Source: Clostridia bacterium (GTDB lineage: Bacteria > Bacillota > Clostridia > TANB77 > RGIG9151). From it: a DNA stretch of 32,000 nt. A model generated the notes under the pieces. That model had not been told where the DNA came from, did no database searches, and saw only the letters and a list, made by a program, of their open reading frames with translations. The stretch covers positions 67,639 through 99,638 of the forward strand of contig JAGBIO010000006.1 of assembly GCA_017934955.1 (NCBI GenBank), read 5' to 3'. The position numbers and the translations under genes are program-made. Positions 1 to 8,167 of the stretch are shown here, one piece after another (the stretch's first letter is position 1; each line of letters opens with the position of its first letter).

Positions 1-443
1 TTTATACTAAAGTCGGAACATTCTGCCGGAAGAAAGCCATTATCGTAGCAGTCGACAGTTTGAATCAATCTGTTATCGATTGCTTTCCAGATAGGATTGA
101 TGTAATCCGGCGGAACACTTTTGTTCATCAATACGATGTCGCCGAAATCGCGCCAGAGTAATCCGGCGGAGGCATAGGGAACTCCGTTCCTGCGCTTTCC
201 GTTTCCACCGAGCTGATGATGGTCATAGCGGGTATAACCGATTTCGTGACCTACATCATAGACAACGTGTGGAATTTTTAAGTACTTAGGGGGATTGCTG
301 GTTCGAAGCAGGGAAACGTTTCCGTTAAACGCTTCAAACAGGATAACGGTTCCCAGAATCTCGTCCGGATGAAAACGGCCATCGTGTGTTACAAGAAGAT
401 GTCCCGTACATTCATCGAGGGTTTTAATGATTTTTAAACTCAT
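1..443 (-). CDS. MYG1/UPF0160 family metal-dependent hydrolase, partial (C-terminus lies outside the window)
   Basis: Not in the ORF track because it is truncated. The reverse strand gives ATG at 443-441, preceded by GGAGG. Translation: MSLKIIKTLDECTGHLLVTHDGRFHPDEILG...VYDVGHEIGYTRYDHHQ. This matches the MYG1 signatures GTHxGxFHxDE and DVGxxYDxxxxRYDHHQ. Confidence 0.7.
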   Translation of the reverse strand, partial: MSLKIIKTLDECTGHLLVTHDGRFHPDEILGTVILFEAFNGNVSLLRTSNPPKYLKIPHVVYDVGHEIGYTRYDHHQLGGNGKRRNGVPYASAGLLWRDFGDIVLMNKSVPPDYINPIWKAIDNRLIQTVDCYDNGFLPAECSDFSI

Positions 444-573
444 AAGTGTTCCTCCTTAAACGTCCAACTTCTAAAAAAAGAGAAGTTTAGTCATTAGAAA
501 ATAATTCATTAAATATTGTACCAAATTTCTATCGAAAAGTCAATATTATGTAAATGAAAATGAACATATATAG

Positions 574-727
574 GTTACAGGTCAGACTTAAAATTATAAA
601 AATGTTACGAACACTGTAGGGACAGCATTTATGCTGTCCACAGAAAAGGCAGAAAGCAGGACAGCATGAATGCTGTCCCTACAATGGTTGTAGCATCATT
701 ATAAAAAGCTATAGTCTGACCTGTAAC
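574..727. mobile_element. MITE-like element, copy 1 (154 bp, subfamily A)
   Basis: TIRs are GTTACAGGTCAGACT (574-588) and AGTCTGACCTGTAAC (713-727). Internal hairpins lie at 616-639 and 659-682. Flanks are ATATATAG and CTATATAG (7/8 identical). Confidence 0.75.
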
Positions 728-739
728 CTATATAGTTAC

Positions 740-935
740 AATTTGGACTTAAATTGTTACAAATATATCGGGACGTCGAGGACGCCGTCCCCTACCATGA
801 CGGCACAATCATCGTAGGAACACAATTTATTGTGCCCACGAAATAGGCAGAGATTAGAAATAGGACAGCATAAATGCTGTCCGTACAATGACGATGCAAA
901 AGCTGTAGGGACACAATTTATTGTGTCCGTACGAT
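740..935. repeat. Degenerate second repeat element with four hairpin units
   Basis: The left arm GACTTAAATTGTTACAAA resembles the MITE left arm with an internal deletion. Hairpin units lie at 770-795, 814-839 (CACAAT type), 863-886 (CAGCAT type) and 905-932 (CACAAT type). No right TIR is present. Confidence 0.6.
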
Positions 936-1030
936 AGATTGATTTGAAAAACAAAAACTTTGTCATTTTTATGGATTCGTTAGAGATTTTGGTGTATAAT
1001 AAACTATTCGATGATTGATGGAGGTTTTTT

Positions 1031-4000
1031 ATGCTGAAGAGTGGAGAAGTGGAGCGTTTTAATGAGATGGCGGGAGAGATGAGGACTTTTCGGGCGAAGA
1101 GATATTTTCGTGAAGGGAGAGTTCATATTGATGAGATTTCTGAAATTTTTCCCGGTTGTTTGGATATTTCGGCAAACGTAGAGGGAAAGATTGAAAATTT
1201 TTATTCGGTGGATGTTGAGATTGTGGATGGTGAAGTTTATCGGGCAAATTGTACTTGCGACGATAGCAGTACGATTTGTAAGCATATTTTGGCAACTTTA
1301 TATGCGCTTGAGGCGCGAGAGGTGGAAGAATTTTCTTCGGAAAATCGTTTTGAGAAGTTATTGTCTTTGTTTTCGGTTCAAGATAATCCGAATAAAGAAG
1401 GAAACGGGGATATTCGGATTGTTCCTTATGTGATAGAAGATGAATTTGGTGGATATGCAGTTGGTTTTAAGATTGGAAGGACGCAATTTTACAATTTAAA
1501 GAATTTATCGCAATTTTCCAATGCGGTGCGGCAGGAGCAGAGAGTTTATTATGGAAAAAAATTAGAGTTTGTGCATACCAAATCAGCTTTTGATACGCGG
1601 GATTTAAAGCTTTTGGAGTTTATTTTAACATATACCAATCTTATGGAGTATGCGAAGACTTCTTATGGCAATTATTGGAGTTCTTGTGGTACGCTTGCGA
1701 AATTTAATTTGCATGGAAGGTTGCTGGATGATTTTTTTGAATTGTTTGTGGGGAGAATGGTGGAGTTTTCTTCGGAGGAGTGTTTGTTTACCGATTTACC
1801 GGAGAATCCTCTGTTTGCGGTGAAAAGGAATGAAAAAGGAAAATGTGAAATTTCGTTTTTATTGGATAATTGTTCTTTGTTTGCAGGAGAAAAATATTTG
1901 TATTTGAAAACAGAGGATTGCTTTTTCCGTTGTCCGAGTGAGAAAGCCGGACTGATTAAATTTTTGTTGTTTTTTTCGGAGTCGAGGAAACAGCGTGTGG
2001 AATTTGAAGAGAAGGAGTTGCCGGAGTTTTTTTCGGTGATTCAGCCGTTTGTTTCGGAATATGTGGCAACGGAAGCATTGGGGGAGGAGCTGGTTGAGAA
2101 GTATAAACCAAAGGAACTTGCGGTGAAAGTTTTATTGGATATGGATAAAGCTGGTTCTGTGATTGCAGATATTCGATTTTGCTACGGGGATTTTGAGTTT
2201 AATCCGTTTGCGGATTTACAGTTTGAGGTGGCGAGAAATAAGCGGGCGGAAGAAGATGTGATGCAGATTTTCCATAACAGCGGTTTTCAGGTTCATTATG
2301 AGAATAAGAATATGTTGCTTACGGATGAGGAGCGGATTTATGGCTTTTTGACGAATGATATCAATTACTATATGGAGAAGTTTGAAGTTTTAGCGACGGA
2401 GGCGTTAAAGGCGCGAAAGTTAAAGCAGCCGAAACTTTCTTCGATTGGTGTGAAAGTGACGAATAATTTATTGGAGATACAGCTTGCGGATAGTGATTTT
2501 GATTTAGCAGAATTGTCGGAGATTATGAAGCGGTATCAAATGAAGAAGAAGTATTATCGTTTGAAGGATGGGTCGTTTTTGTCGCTTTCGGAGGAGGATA
2601 CGACGCTTCGTTTTTTGGATAATTTGACGAGTGGTGCGGAGTTTGATTTTAAGAATATAAAGAATGGTAGAATCCGGTTACCGGTTTACCGGGGTTTGTA
2701 TTTTGATAAGCTTTTGGCGGATATGGGAAATGTGCAGATTGAGAAGGCTGAGAGTTATAAGGATTTGGTGACTCTGAAGGAGGATAACGAAACGTTACCG
2801 AATTCGATGGAATCCATCTTGCGTGTTTACCAAAAGAAGGGATATCAGTGGTTGAAAACCTTAGAACATTATCATTTGGGCGGTATTTTGGCGGATGATA
2901 TGGGTTTGGGGAAAACGCTTCAGATGATTGCGGTGATTTTGAAGTATGTGGAAGATGGCGGAGATAAGCCGTCGATTGTAGTTTGTCCGAGTTCTTTGGC
3001 GTTAAACTGGGAGAATGAGATTCATAAGTTTGCGGGAGGTCTTCGTACTTTGGTGATGACGGGGAATGCGACTTATCGAGAAGGATTGCTTGAAAATTAC
3101 AATCAATATGATGTGGTGATTACGTCATATGATTTGCTAAAACGGGATATTGACTTGTATGAGGAGCGTAAGGCGGAGTTTAAGTTTGCGGTGATTGATG
3201 AGGCGCAATACATAAAGAACAGCAATACGCAAAATGCACGAGCTGTGAAGCGGATTTCGGCGGAGACCAAGTTTGCGCTTACCGGTACGCCGATTGAAAA
3301 TTCGCTTTCGGAGTTGTGGTCGATTTTTGATTTTGTGATGCCGGGATATTTATTTGGGTACAGCAAATTTAAGAAGAATTATGAGCTTCCGATTGTGAAG
3401 GAGAAGGATGAGGCTTCTTTGAATCGTCTTAAGATGTTGATTGAGCCGTTTATTTTGCGCCGGAATAAGAAGGAAGTTTTGACGGAACTTCCGGAGAAGA
3501 CGGTTAGCATTTTATATAACGAGATGCAGGAGGAGCAGAAGAAGCTGTATCTTGCGTATTTGGCGAATGCGAAGCAGGATTTGTGGCGGGAACTTGAGCA
3601 TTCGGATTTTGAGAAAAATAAGTTGAAAATTTTGGCTTTATTGACGCGACTTCGGCAGATTGTGTGTCATCCGGCGTTATTCTTAAAGGAGTATAAAGCC
3701 GGTTCCGGAAAGTTGGAACAGTGCATGGAGATTATTTCGGAAGCGGTTTCCGGGGGACATAAGATTTTGCTGTTTTCCGGGTTTACTTCGATGTTCGGGT
3801 TGATTGAGAAGGAACTGTCGGCACGTGGAATTTCGTATTTTGAGCTTACCGGACAGACGAAGGTGAATGAGCGAATTAAGCTTGTGGATGAGTTTAATAA
3901 GAATGAGGATGTTAAAGTGTTTCTGATTTCTTTAAAAGCCGGTGGTACAGGTTTGAATTTAACGGGTGCGGATGTGGTGATTCATTATGATCCATGGTGG

Positions 4001-4216
4001 AATTTGGCGGCGGAGAATCAGGCGACGGATCGGGCGTACCGAATCGGGCAGAAGAACAATGTGCAGGTGTATAAGTTGATTACGAAGAACAGTTTGGAGG
4101 AGAAGATTCATTTGTTGCAGGAGAAGAAAAATCAGTTGATTGATGACGTTTTGTCGACGGAGGAAGTGTTTATCAATCAGTTGAGTAAAGAGGATATTTT
4201 ATCGTTGTTTGAGTAG
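1031..4216 (+). CDS. SNF2-family helicase with N-terminal SWIM zinc finger
   Basis: GGAGG lies 7 nt upstream of the ATG. SWIM motif: CTCDDSSTICKHILATLYAL. SNF2_N motifs: LADDMGLGKT and DEAQYIKN. Helicase-C motifs: GGTGLNLTGADVVIHYDPWWN and QATDRAYRIGQ. Confidence 0.92.
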   Translation: MLKSGEVERFNEMAGEMRTFRAKRYFREGRVHIDEISEIFPGCLDISANVEGKIENFYSVDVEIVDGEVYRANCTCDDSSTICKHILATLYALEAREVEEFSSENRFEKLLSLFSVQDNPNKEGNGDIRIVPYVIEDEFGGYAVGFKIGRTQFYNLKNLSQFSNAVRQEQRVYYGKKLEFVHTKSAFDTRDLKLLEFILTYTNLMEYAKTSYGNYWSSCGTLAKFNLHGRLLDDFFELFVGRMVEFSSEECLFTDLPENPLFAVKRNEKGKCEISFLLDNCSLFAGEKYLYLKTEDCFFRCPSEKAGLIKFLLFFSESRKQRVEFEEKELPEFFSVIQPFVSEYVATEALGEELVEKYKPKELAVKVLLDMDKAGSVIADIRFCYGDFEFNPFADLQFEVARNKRAEEDVMQIFHNSGFQVHYENKNMLLTDEERIYGFLTNDINYYMEKFEVLATEALKARKLKQPKLSSIGVKVTNNLLEIQLADSDFDLAELSEIMKRYQMKKKYYRLKDGSFLSLSEEDTTLRFLDNLTSGAEFDFKNIKNGRIRLPVYRGLYFDKLLADMGNVQIEKAESYKDLVTLKEDNETLPNSMESILRVYQKKGYQWLKTLEHYHLGGILADDMGLGKTLQMIAVILKYVEDGGDKPSIVVCPSSLALNWENEIHKFAGGLRTLVMTGNATYREGLLENYNQYDVVITSYDLLKRDIDLYEERKAEFKFAVIDEAQYIKNSNTQNARAVKRISAETKFALTGTPIENSLSELWSIFDFVMPGYLFGYSKFKKNYELPIVKEKDEASLNRLKMLIEPFILRRNKKEVLTELPEKTVSILYNEMQEEQKKLYLAYLANAKQDLWRELEHSDFEKNKLKILALLTRLRQIVCHPALFLKEYKAGSGKLEQCMEIISEAVSGGHKILLFSGFTSMFGLIEKELSARGISYFELTGQTKVNERIKLVDEFNKNEDVKVFLISLKAGGTGLNLTGADVVIHYDPWWNLAAENQATDRAYRIGQKNNVQVYKLITKNSLEEKIHLLQEKKNQLIDDVLSTEEVFINQLSKEDILSLFE

Positions 4217-4316
4217 AGTTATATTGTATGGCTTGGGTATGAATAGACAAAAATTTCTAAGTAACACGTATAAATCACTTCTTATCCGCATAACATGGCG
4301 GTGAGGAGTGATTTTT

Positions 4317-5462
4317 ATGTGGAGAAAAGTAATTAGTATGATGTTGGTGTTGAGTCTCTTTTTTACTTCTTTTTCTTTTGCGGAGAATAAGTTGAATTTG
4401 ACGGGAAAGGCGGCTTATTTGATAGAAGCGGAAACGGGAGAGACTTTATATTCTTATAACGAACATGAGGTTCTTCGTCCGGCGAGTGTGACGAAGGTGA
4501 TGACGCTGCTTTTGATTATGGAAGCGTTGGAGGACGGAAGTATTTCTTTGGATGATTTGGTTCCGTGTAGTGAGCGGGCGAGAAAGATGGGCGGTTCGCA
4601 AATTTGGCTGAATGAGAATGAGAAACTGACGGTGAATGATATGTTAAAGGCGATTTGCGTGGTTTCGGCGAATGATTGTTGTGTGGCGATGTCGGAGTTT
4701 CTTGGCGGAAGCGAAGAGGTTTTTGTGGAGATGATGAATCAGCGGGCGAAGGAGCTTGGGATGAAGGATACGACGTTTAAGAATTGCCACGGAATCGATG
4801 AGGAGGGGCATGTGACTTCGGCGTATGATATTGCGATTATGTCGCGAGAATTGATTAAACATAAGAAGATTTTTGATTATACGACGATTTGGATGGATTC
4901 GCTAAGAGATGGAAAATCGCAGTTAGTGAATACCAATCGGCTGATTCGTTTTTATGATGGGGCGAACGGTTTGAAGACAGGTTCGACGTCGCTTGCGTTG
5001 TATAATTTGTCGGCGACGGCGAAACGGGATAATATGCAGTTGGTAGGTGTCATTTTGGGGGCGCCGACAACAAAGGATCGGTTTAATGACGCGACAAAGT
5101 TACTGGATTACGGTTTTGCGAATTATGCGGTGACGATGCTGGATGAGAAGGGGACGGAAGTAGGAGATACGAAAGTTGAGCGCGGTGAGGAGGATTTCGT
5201 GACGGGCGTGATTGCGGAGGACGTGAGTAAGCTGACCGAGAAGAAAGGGTTAAAGGGAGTAGAGAGACAAGTGAATTTTATGCGGTTAAAAGCACCGGTG
5301 AAGGCGGGAGAGCAGATTGGCGAAATGGTGTATTTAAAGGATGGTGCAGAGATTGCAAAAGTGGCGATTTGTGCGAAATATGATGTGGATAAATTGAGTT
5401 TTCCGAAGAGTTTTATGAAAATTTTTAACGGCTGGTTTCGGATGGGAAGAGAGACAGTATAA
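4317..5462 (+). CDS. D-alanyl-D-alanine carboxypeptidase (serine-type, PBP5/DacB/DacF-like)
   Basis: Motifs SxxK (SVTK), SxN (SAND) and KTG (KTGS), plus an N-terminal signal-like hydrophobic segment. ATG 4317 has a GAGGAG RBS 8 nt upstream; the ORF track starts at GTG 4308. Confidence 0.88.
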   Translation: MWRKVISMMLVLSLFFTSFSFAENKLNLTGKAAYLIEAETGETLYSYNEHEVLRPASVTKVMTLLLIMEALEDGSISLDDLVPCSERARKMGGSQIWLNENEKLTVNDMLKAICVVSANDCCVAMSEFLGGSEEVFVEMMNQRAKELGMKDTTFKNCHGIDEEGHVTSAYDIAIMSRELIKHKKIFDYTTIWMDSLRDGKSQLVNTNRLIRFYDGANGLKTGSTSLALYNLSATAKRDNMQLVGVILGAPTTKDRFNDATKLLDYGFANYAVTMLDEKGTEVGDTKVERGEEDFVTGVIAEDVSKLTEKKGLKGVERQVNFMRLKAPVKAGEQIGEMVYLKDGAEIAKVAICAKYDVDKLSFPKSFMKIFNGWFRMGRETV

Positions 5463-5481
5463 GTGAGAGGAATTTTGCAGC

Positions 5482-5580
5482 GGGGACGTTTTCATTTTGC
5501 GAAAAAAGAAGGAGATTTTGCAAAATGGAAACGTCCCCGTTGCGAAAAAGAAGGAGATTTTCGGAAATGGAAACGTCCCC
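5482..5580. repeat. Family-2 long hairpin repeat with duplicated 3' arm
   Basis: GGGGACGTTTTCATTTTGC (5482-5500) pairs with GCAAAATGGAAACGTCCCC (ending at 5538) over 19 bp with one G-U. The unit GCGAAAAAGAAGGAGATTTT..AAATGGAAACGTCCCC is repeated, ending at 5580. Confidence 0.7.
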
Positions 5581-5646
5581 GCCGAAAAAGGAGTTAATTA
5601 ATGCAGCATTTTTGACGACATAGAGGATAGGTGAGGTGGGACGTAA

Positions 5647-7155
5647 GTGGTTGGAATTAATAAAATTAATGAAGTGGCAGGAAATATGTTATTGAATAGG
5701 ATTTGGAGCGGCTCAGATTTTTATGAGTATGTTAAGAGTCCTGCGGTAATGAAGGTGATTCTTTCAGAATTAGTGAAAGAGGAGAGAAAGCGTGGAGAAT
5801 TTCAGGAAAATACGATATACATGAAGTTCTTAAAAGACGCAGAGCATAAAGTGGATTCTATTTTTTTAAGACGAAAAAATTTATATAATCGTTCGATGGA
5901 ATATGGTGTTGAAGAACGAAAGATGCCGGATATTAGCGAACATGGAGTTTGGTTGTGTAAAGATGGGGCTAATATGGCGGAGAAATCCATTATGAGCTTG
6001 ATGACGGAATTGCTTGAAATGACATCGGATGCACGATTGACACAGGATAAAAATGAATTGGTAAAGACAATTTTGGAGAGTCTTAGTGATTTAGAGAAGA
6101 TTGATCAGCAATTATTTCAAGAATATCAGGCTTATATCGAACAAGAAGCGCGAGATAAAACGAGTTCGGAGTTAACCCAAGAAAAGAAGGAGCAAATTAG
6201 TCCGGAACCGCTCCTAAGATTAGATGCCGGAAAGCACAGAAGAAGGCAGAATAGGGAAAATAGATTGCCTGACAGTGAGTATGTTTCAGAGTATTCCAGT
6301 CAGATTTCGATGGAAAATTTGAAAAAAGTTCCAAAGAAGCGTCGGATTCGTTATGTTGACAAGAAAGAGACCTTAGAGGAGGCAAAGAAATATCAAACAA
6401 ATCAGAAAAAGACCAATCCGAAGGTTGCACTTGCCTTGGCACTTTTGACGGCTTGTATTAGTGTTGGAAATTTTGCGGATGCATATTTTCAAAAACAATA
6501 TGAACAGGATAGTAAAAGGTTGGGAATTGAAACGACATATGCAATGGAAGATGAGGAGGTGCTTATTTTAACCAATCTTATTTTGATAGCAACGCAAGAC
6601 TCGGGAAATCATTATCGTGTGCCTAAAGAGATTATGAAAGAGTTTCAGGCGGATGAGTTATCGAAGGAAGAGTTTGTAAATGCAGTATTTGCAGATTTAG
6701 GAAAAAAAGTCCATAAGGGCGCGGATGTATCGGGAATTTTGGAATATCTTTCTGAAAATTTAGTGAAGTATAAAGTTTGTGAAGCGTTGAAAGCGGATAT
6801 TCGTCGTTATGGGGATCAGTCACATTATAAAGAATATGAAGATGTTTTGAGTATGGAGAATATTTCTTTGGAATTTTGCAGAAAAAAACCGGTTCAAGAC
6901 GCTTGGCGAATTAATTTGGGGGAGGACACTGTATTTGCAACAGATGCGTTTGAATACCAAATTCCTTCTGATATTCAGAAGATTATGTTTTATTGCCGAA
7001 AGGTTCCGAATTCTCCATTAAAGACATTTGCGTATGAAAAGGATGATATTCGAGGTTTGTATAAGGCATTAAATCAATTTCGTGGGACTGATTTAACGAT
7101 TTCGGGTAATAAATTGGTATCGAAAGGCAGAGTAAAGGATTTCCTTCGTGAATAA
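5647..7155 (+). CDS. Hypothetical bitopic membrane protein (502 aa), no recognised domain
   Basis: Long ORF with a GTG start after a GAGGTGGG RBS-like stretch. One predicted TM segment (VALALALLTACISVGNF) follows a lysine/arginine-rich linker. The start codon is uncertain; ATG 5686 is an alternative. Confidence 0.6.
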   Translation: MVGINKINEVAGNMLLNRIWSGSDFYEYVKSPAVMKVILSELVKEERKRGEFQENTIYMKFLKDAEHKVDSIFLRRKNLYNRSMEYGVEERKMPDISEHGVWLCKDGANMAEKSIMSLMTELLEMTSDARLTQDKNELVKTILESLSDLEKIDQQLFQEYQAYIEQEARDKTSSELTQEKKEQISPEPLLRLDAGKHRRRQNRENRLPDSEYVSEYSSQISMENLKKVPKKRRIRYVDKKETLEEAKKYQTNQKKTNPKVALALALLTACISVGNFADAYFQKQYEQDSKRLGIETTYAMEDEEVLILTNLILIATQDSGNHYRVPKEIMKEFQADELSKEEFVNAVFADLGKKVHKGADVSGILEYLSENLVKYKVCEALKADIRRYGDQSHYKEYEDVLSMENISLEFCRKKPVQDAWRINLGEDTVFATDAFEYQIPSDIQKIMFYCRKVPNSPLKTFAYEKDDIRGLYKALNQFRGTDLTISGNKLVSKGRVKDFLRE

Positions 7156-7191
7156 GAAAGTGGCGGATATAATATAACCGGGACGTTGGAA

Positions 7192-7345
7192 GTTACTAAT
7201 CAGACTTAAAATTATAAAAATGTTACGAACACTGTAGGGACAGCATTCATGCTGTCCACAGAAAAGGCAAAAAGCAGGACAGCATGAATGCTGTCCCTAC
7301 AATGGTTGTAGCCTCATTATAAAAAGCTATAGTCTGACCAGTAAC
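7192..7345. mobile_element. MITE-like element, copy 2 (154 bp, subfamily A) with perfect 8-bp TSD
   Basis: TIRs are GTTACTAATCAGACT (7192-7206) and AGTCTGACCAGTAAC (7331-7345). Hairpins lie at 7234-7257 and 7277-7300. A direct CGTTGGAA repeat flanks it at 7184-7191 and 7346-7353. Confidence 0.85.
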
Positions 7346-7374
7346 CGTTGGAATGTTAATTTGGTTTGTGTTTT

Positions 7375-7403
7375 TTGACAAATGCTGTAGAATATGATAA
7401 AAT
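7375..7403 (+). promoter_or_regulatory. Sigma-A-type promoter candidate for yebC
   Basis: TTGACA (7375-7380), a 17-nt spacer, then TAAAAT (7398-7403), about 40 nt upstream of the yebC start. Confidence 0.5.
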
Positions 7404-7441
7404 GATTCGCGTAAATAGCGTGATTTGAAAGGAGTATGAAT

Positions 7442-8167
7442 ATGTCAGGACACAGTAAATGGGCAAATATTAAGAATAAGAAGGAAAAAGCGGATTCACA
7501 AAGAGGTAAAATCTTTACGAAAATCGGAAGAGAAATTGCGGTTGCGGTAAAGTCCGGAGGACCAAATCCTGATGCAAATGCGAAATTGAGAGATATTATT
7601 GCGAAAGCAAAGGCAGCGAATATTCCGAATGATAATATCGAGAGAAGTATTAAGAAGGCTGCCGGTGACGGAGATACGGCAAATTATGAATCTTTGATGT
7701 ATGAGGGTTACGGTGCTGCCGGTGTGGCGATTATCGTTGAGGCATTAACGGATAACCGAAACAGAACGGCGGGAGATATGCGTCATTTATTTGATAAACA
7801 TGGCGGAAACTTGGGTCAAACGGGTTCCGTTGGCTTTATGTTTGATCGTAAGGGTGTTATTGTGATTGAGAAAAACGATAAGATTTCGGAAGATGATTTG
7901 ATGATGTTGGCATTAGATGCCGGTGCGGATGATTTTTCGGCAGAGGACGAATGCTATGAAATTTTAACGGCACCGGAGAATTTTTCGGCGGTACGTGAAA
8001 AGTTAGAATCAGAAAAATTGGAATTGGCAGAGGCTGAGATTAAATATGTTCCTCAAAATTATGTGCATGTAGAGGAAGAAGTTGCGGCAAAATTGACGAG
8101 ATTAATTGATGCCTTGGAAGATAATGACGATGTTCAGAATGTGTGGACAAACTGGGATGAAGAATAA
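7442..8167 (+). CDS. yebC: YebC/PmpR family DNA-binding transcriptional regulator
   Basis: The N-terminus [25 protein letters not shown] is the family hallmark. AAGGAG lies 7 nt upstream of ATG 7442; the track start 7436 is too close to the RBS. Confidence 0.92.
   Translation: MSGHSKWANIKNKKEKADSQRGKIFTKIGREIAVAVKSGGPNPDANAKLRDIIAKAKAANIPNDNIERSIKKAAGDGDTANYESLMYEGYGAAGVAIIVEALTDNRNRTAGDMRHLFDKHGGNLGQTGSVGFMFDRKGVIVIEKNDKISEDDLMMLALDAGADDFSAEDECYEILTAPENFSAVREKLESEKLELAEAEIKYVPQNYVHVEEEVAAKLTRLIDALEDNDDVQNVWTNWDEE

Noticed and set aside
814-932. Possible CRISPR array: repeated units of about 25 nt separated by spacers of 19-26 nt. The same pattern occurs at 616-682, 7234-7300 and 15219-15286.
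   Set aside because: - The units are self-palindromic and occur as inverted pairs inside TIR-bounded elements.
- There are only 2-4 units per locus, and the spacers are conserved between loci.
- No cas genes are present.
757-966. 69-aa minus-strand ORF in the ORF track
   Set aside because: It lies entirely within the palindromic repeat cluster (740-935). It has no RBS, and its apparent coding capacity is a by-product of the repeats.
1031-4216. SNF2 helicase as part of a defence system (DISARM, Zorya or Hna-like)
   Set aside because: - No methylase, nuclease, ZorA/B-like or other partner genes are adjacent.
- The SWIM plus SNF2 architecture next to cell-wall and housekeeping genes is the common chromosomal type in Firmicutes.
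- Composition is core-like.
4217-4316. Sporulation-sigma (sigma F/G/E) promoter upstream of the DD-carboxypeptidase gene
   Set aside because: Partial matches (GAATA, GCATA) were seen, but the spacing and -10 elements do not fit the consensus well enough to call.
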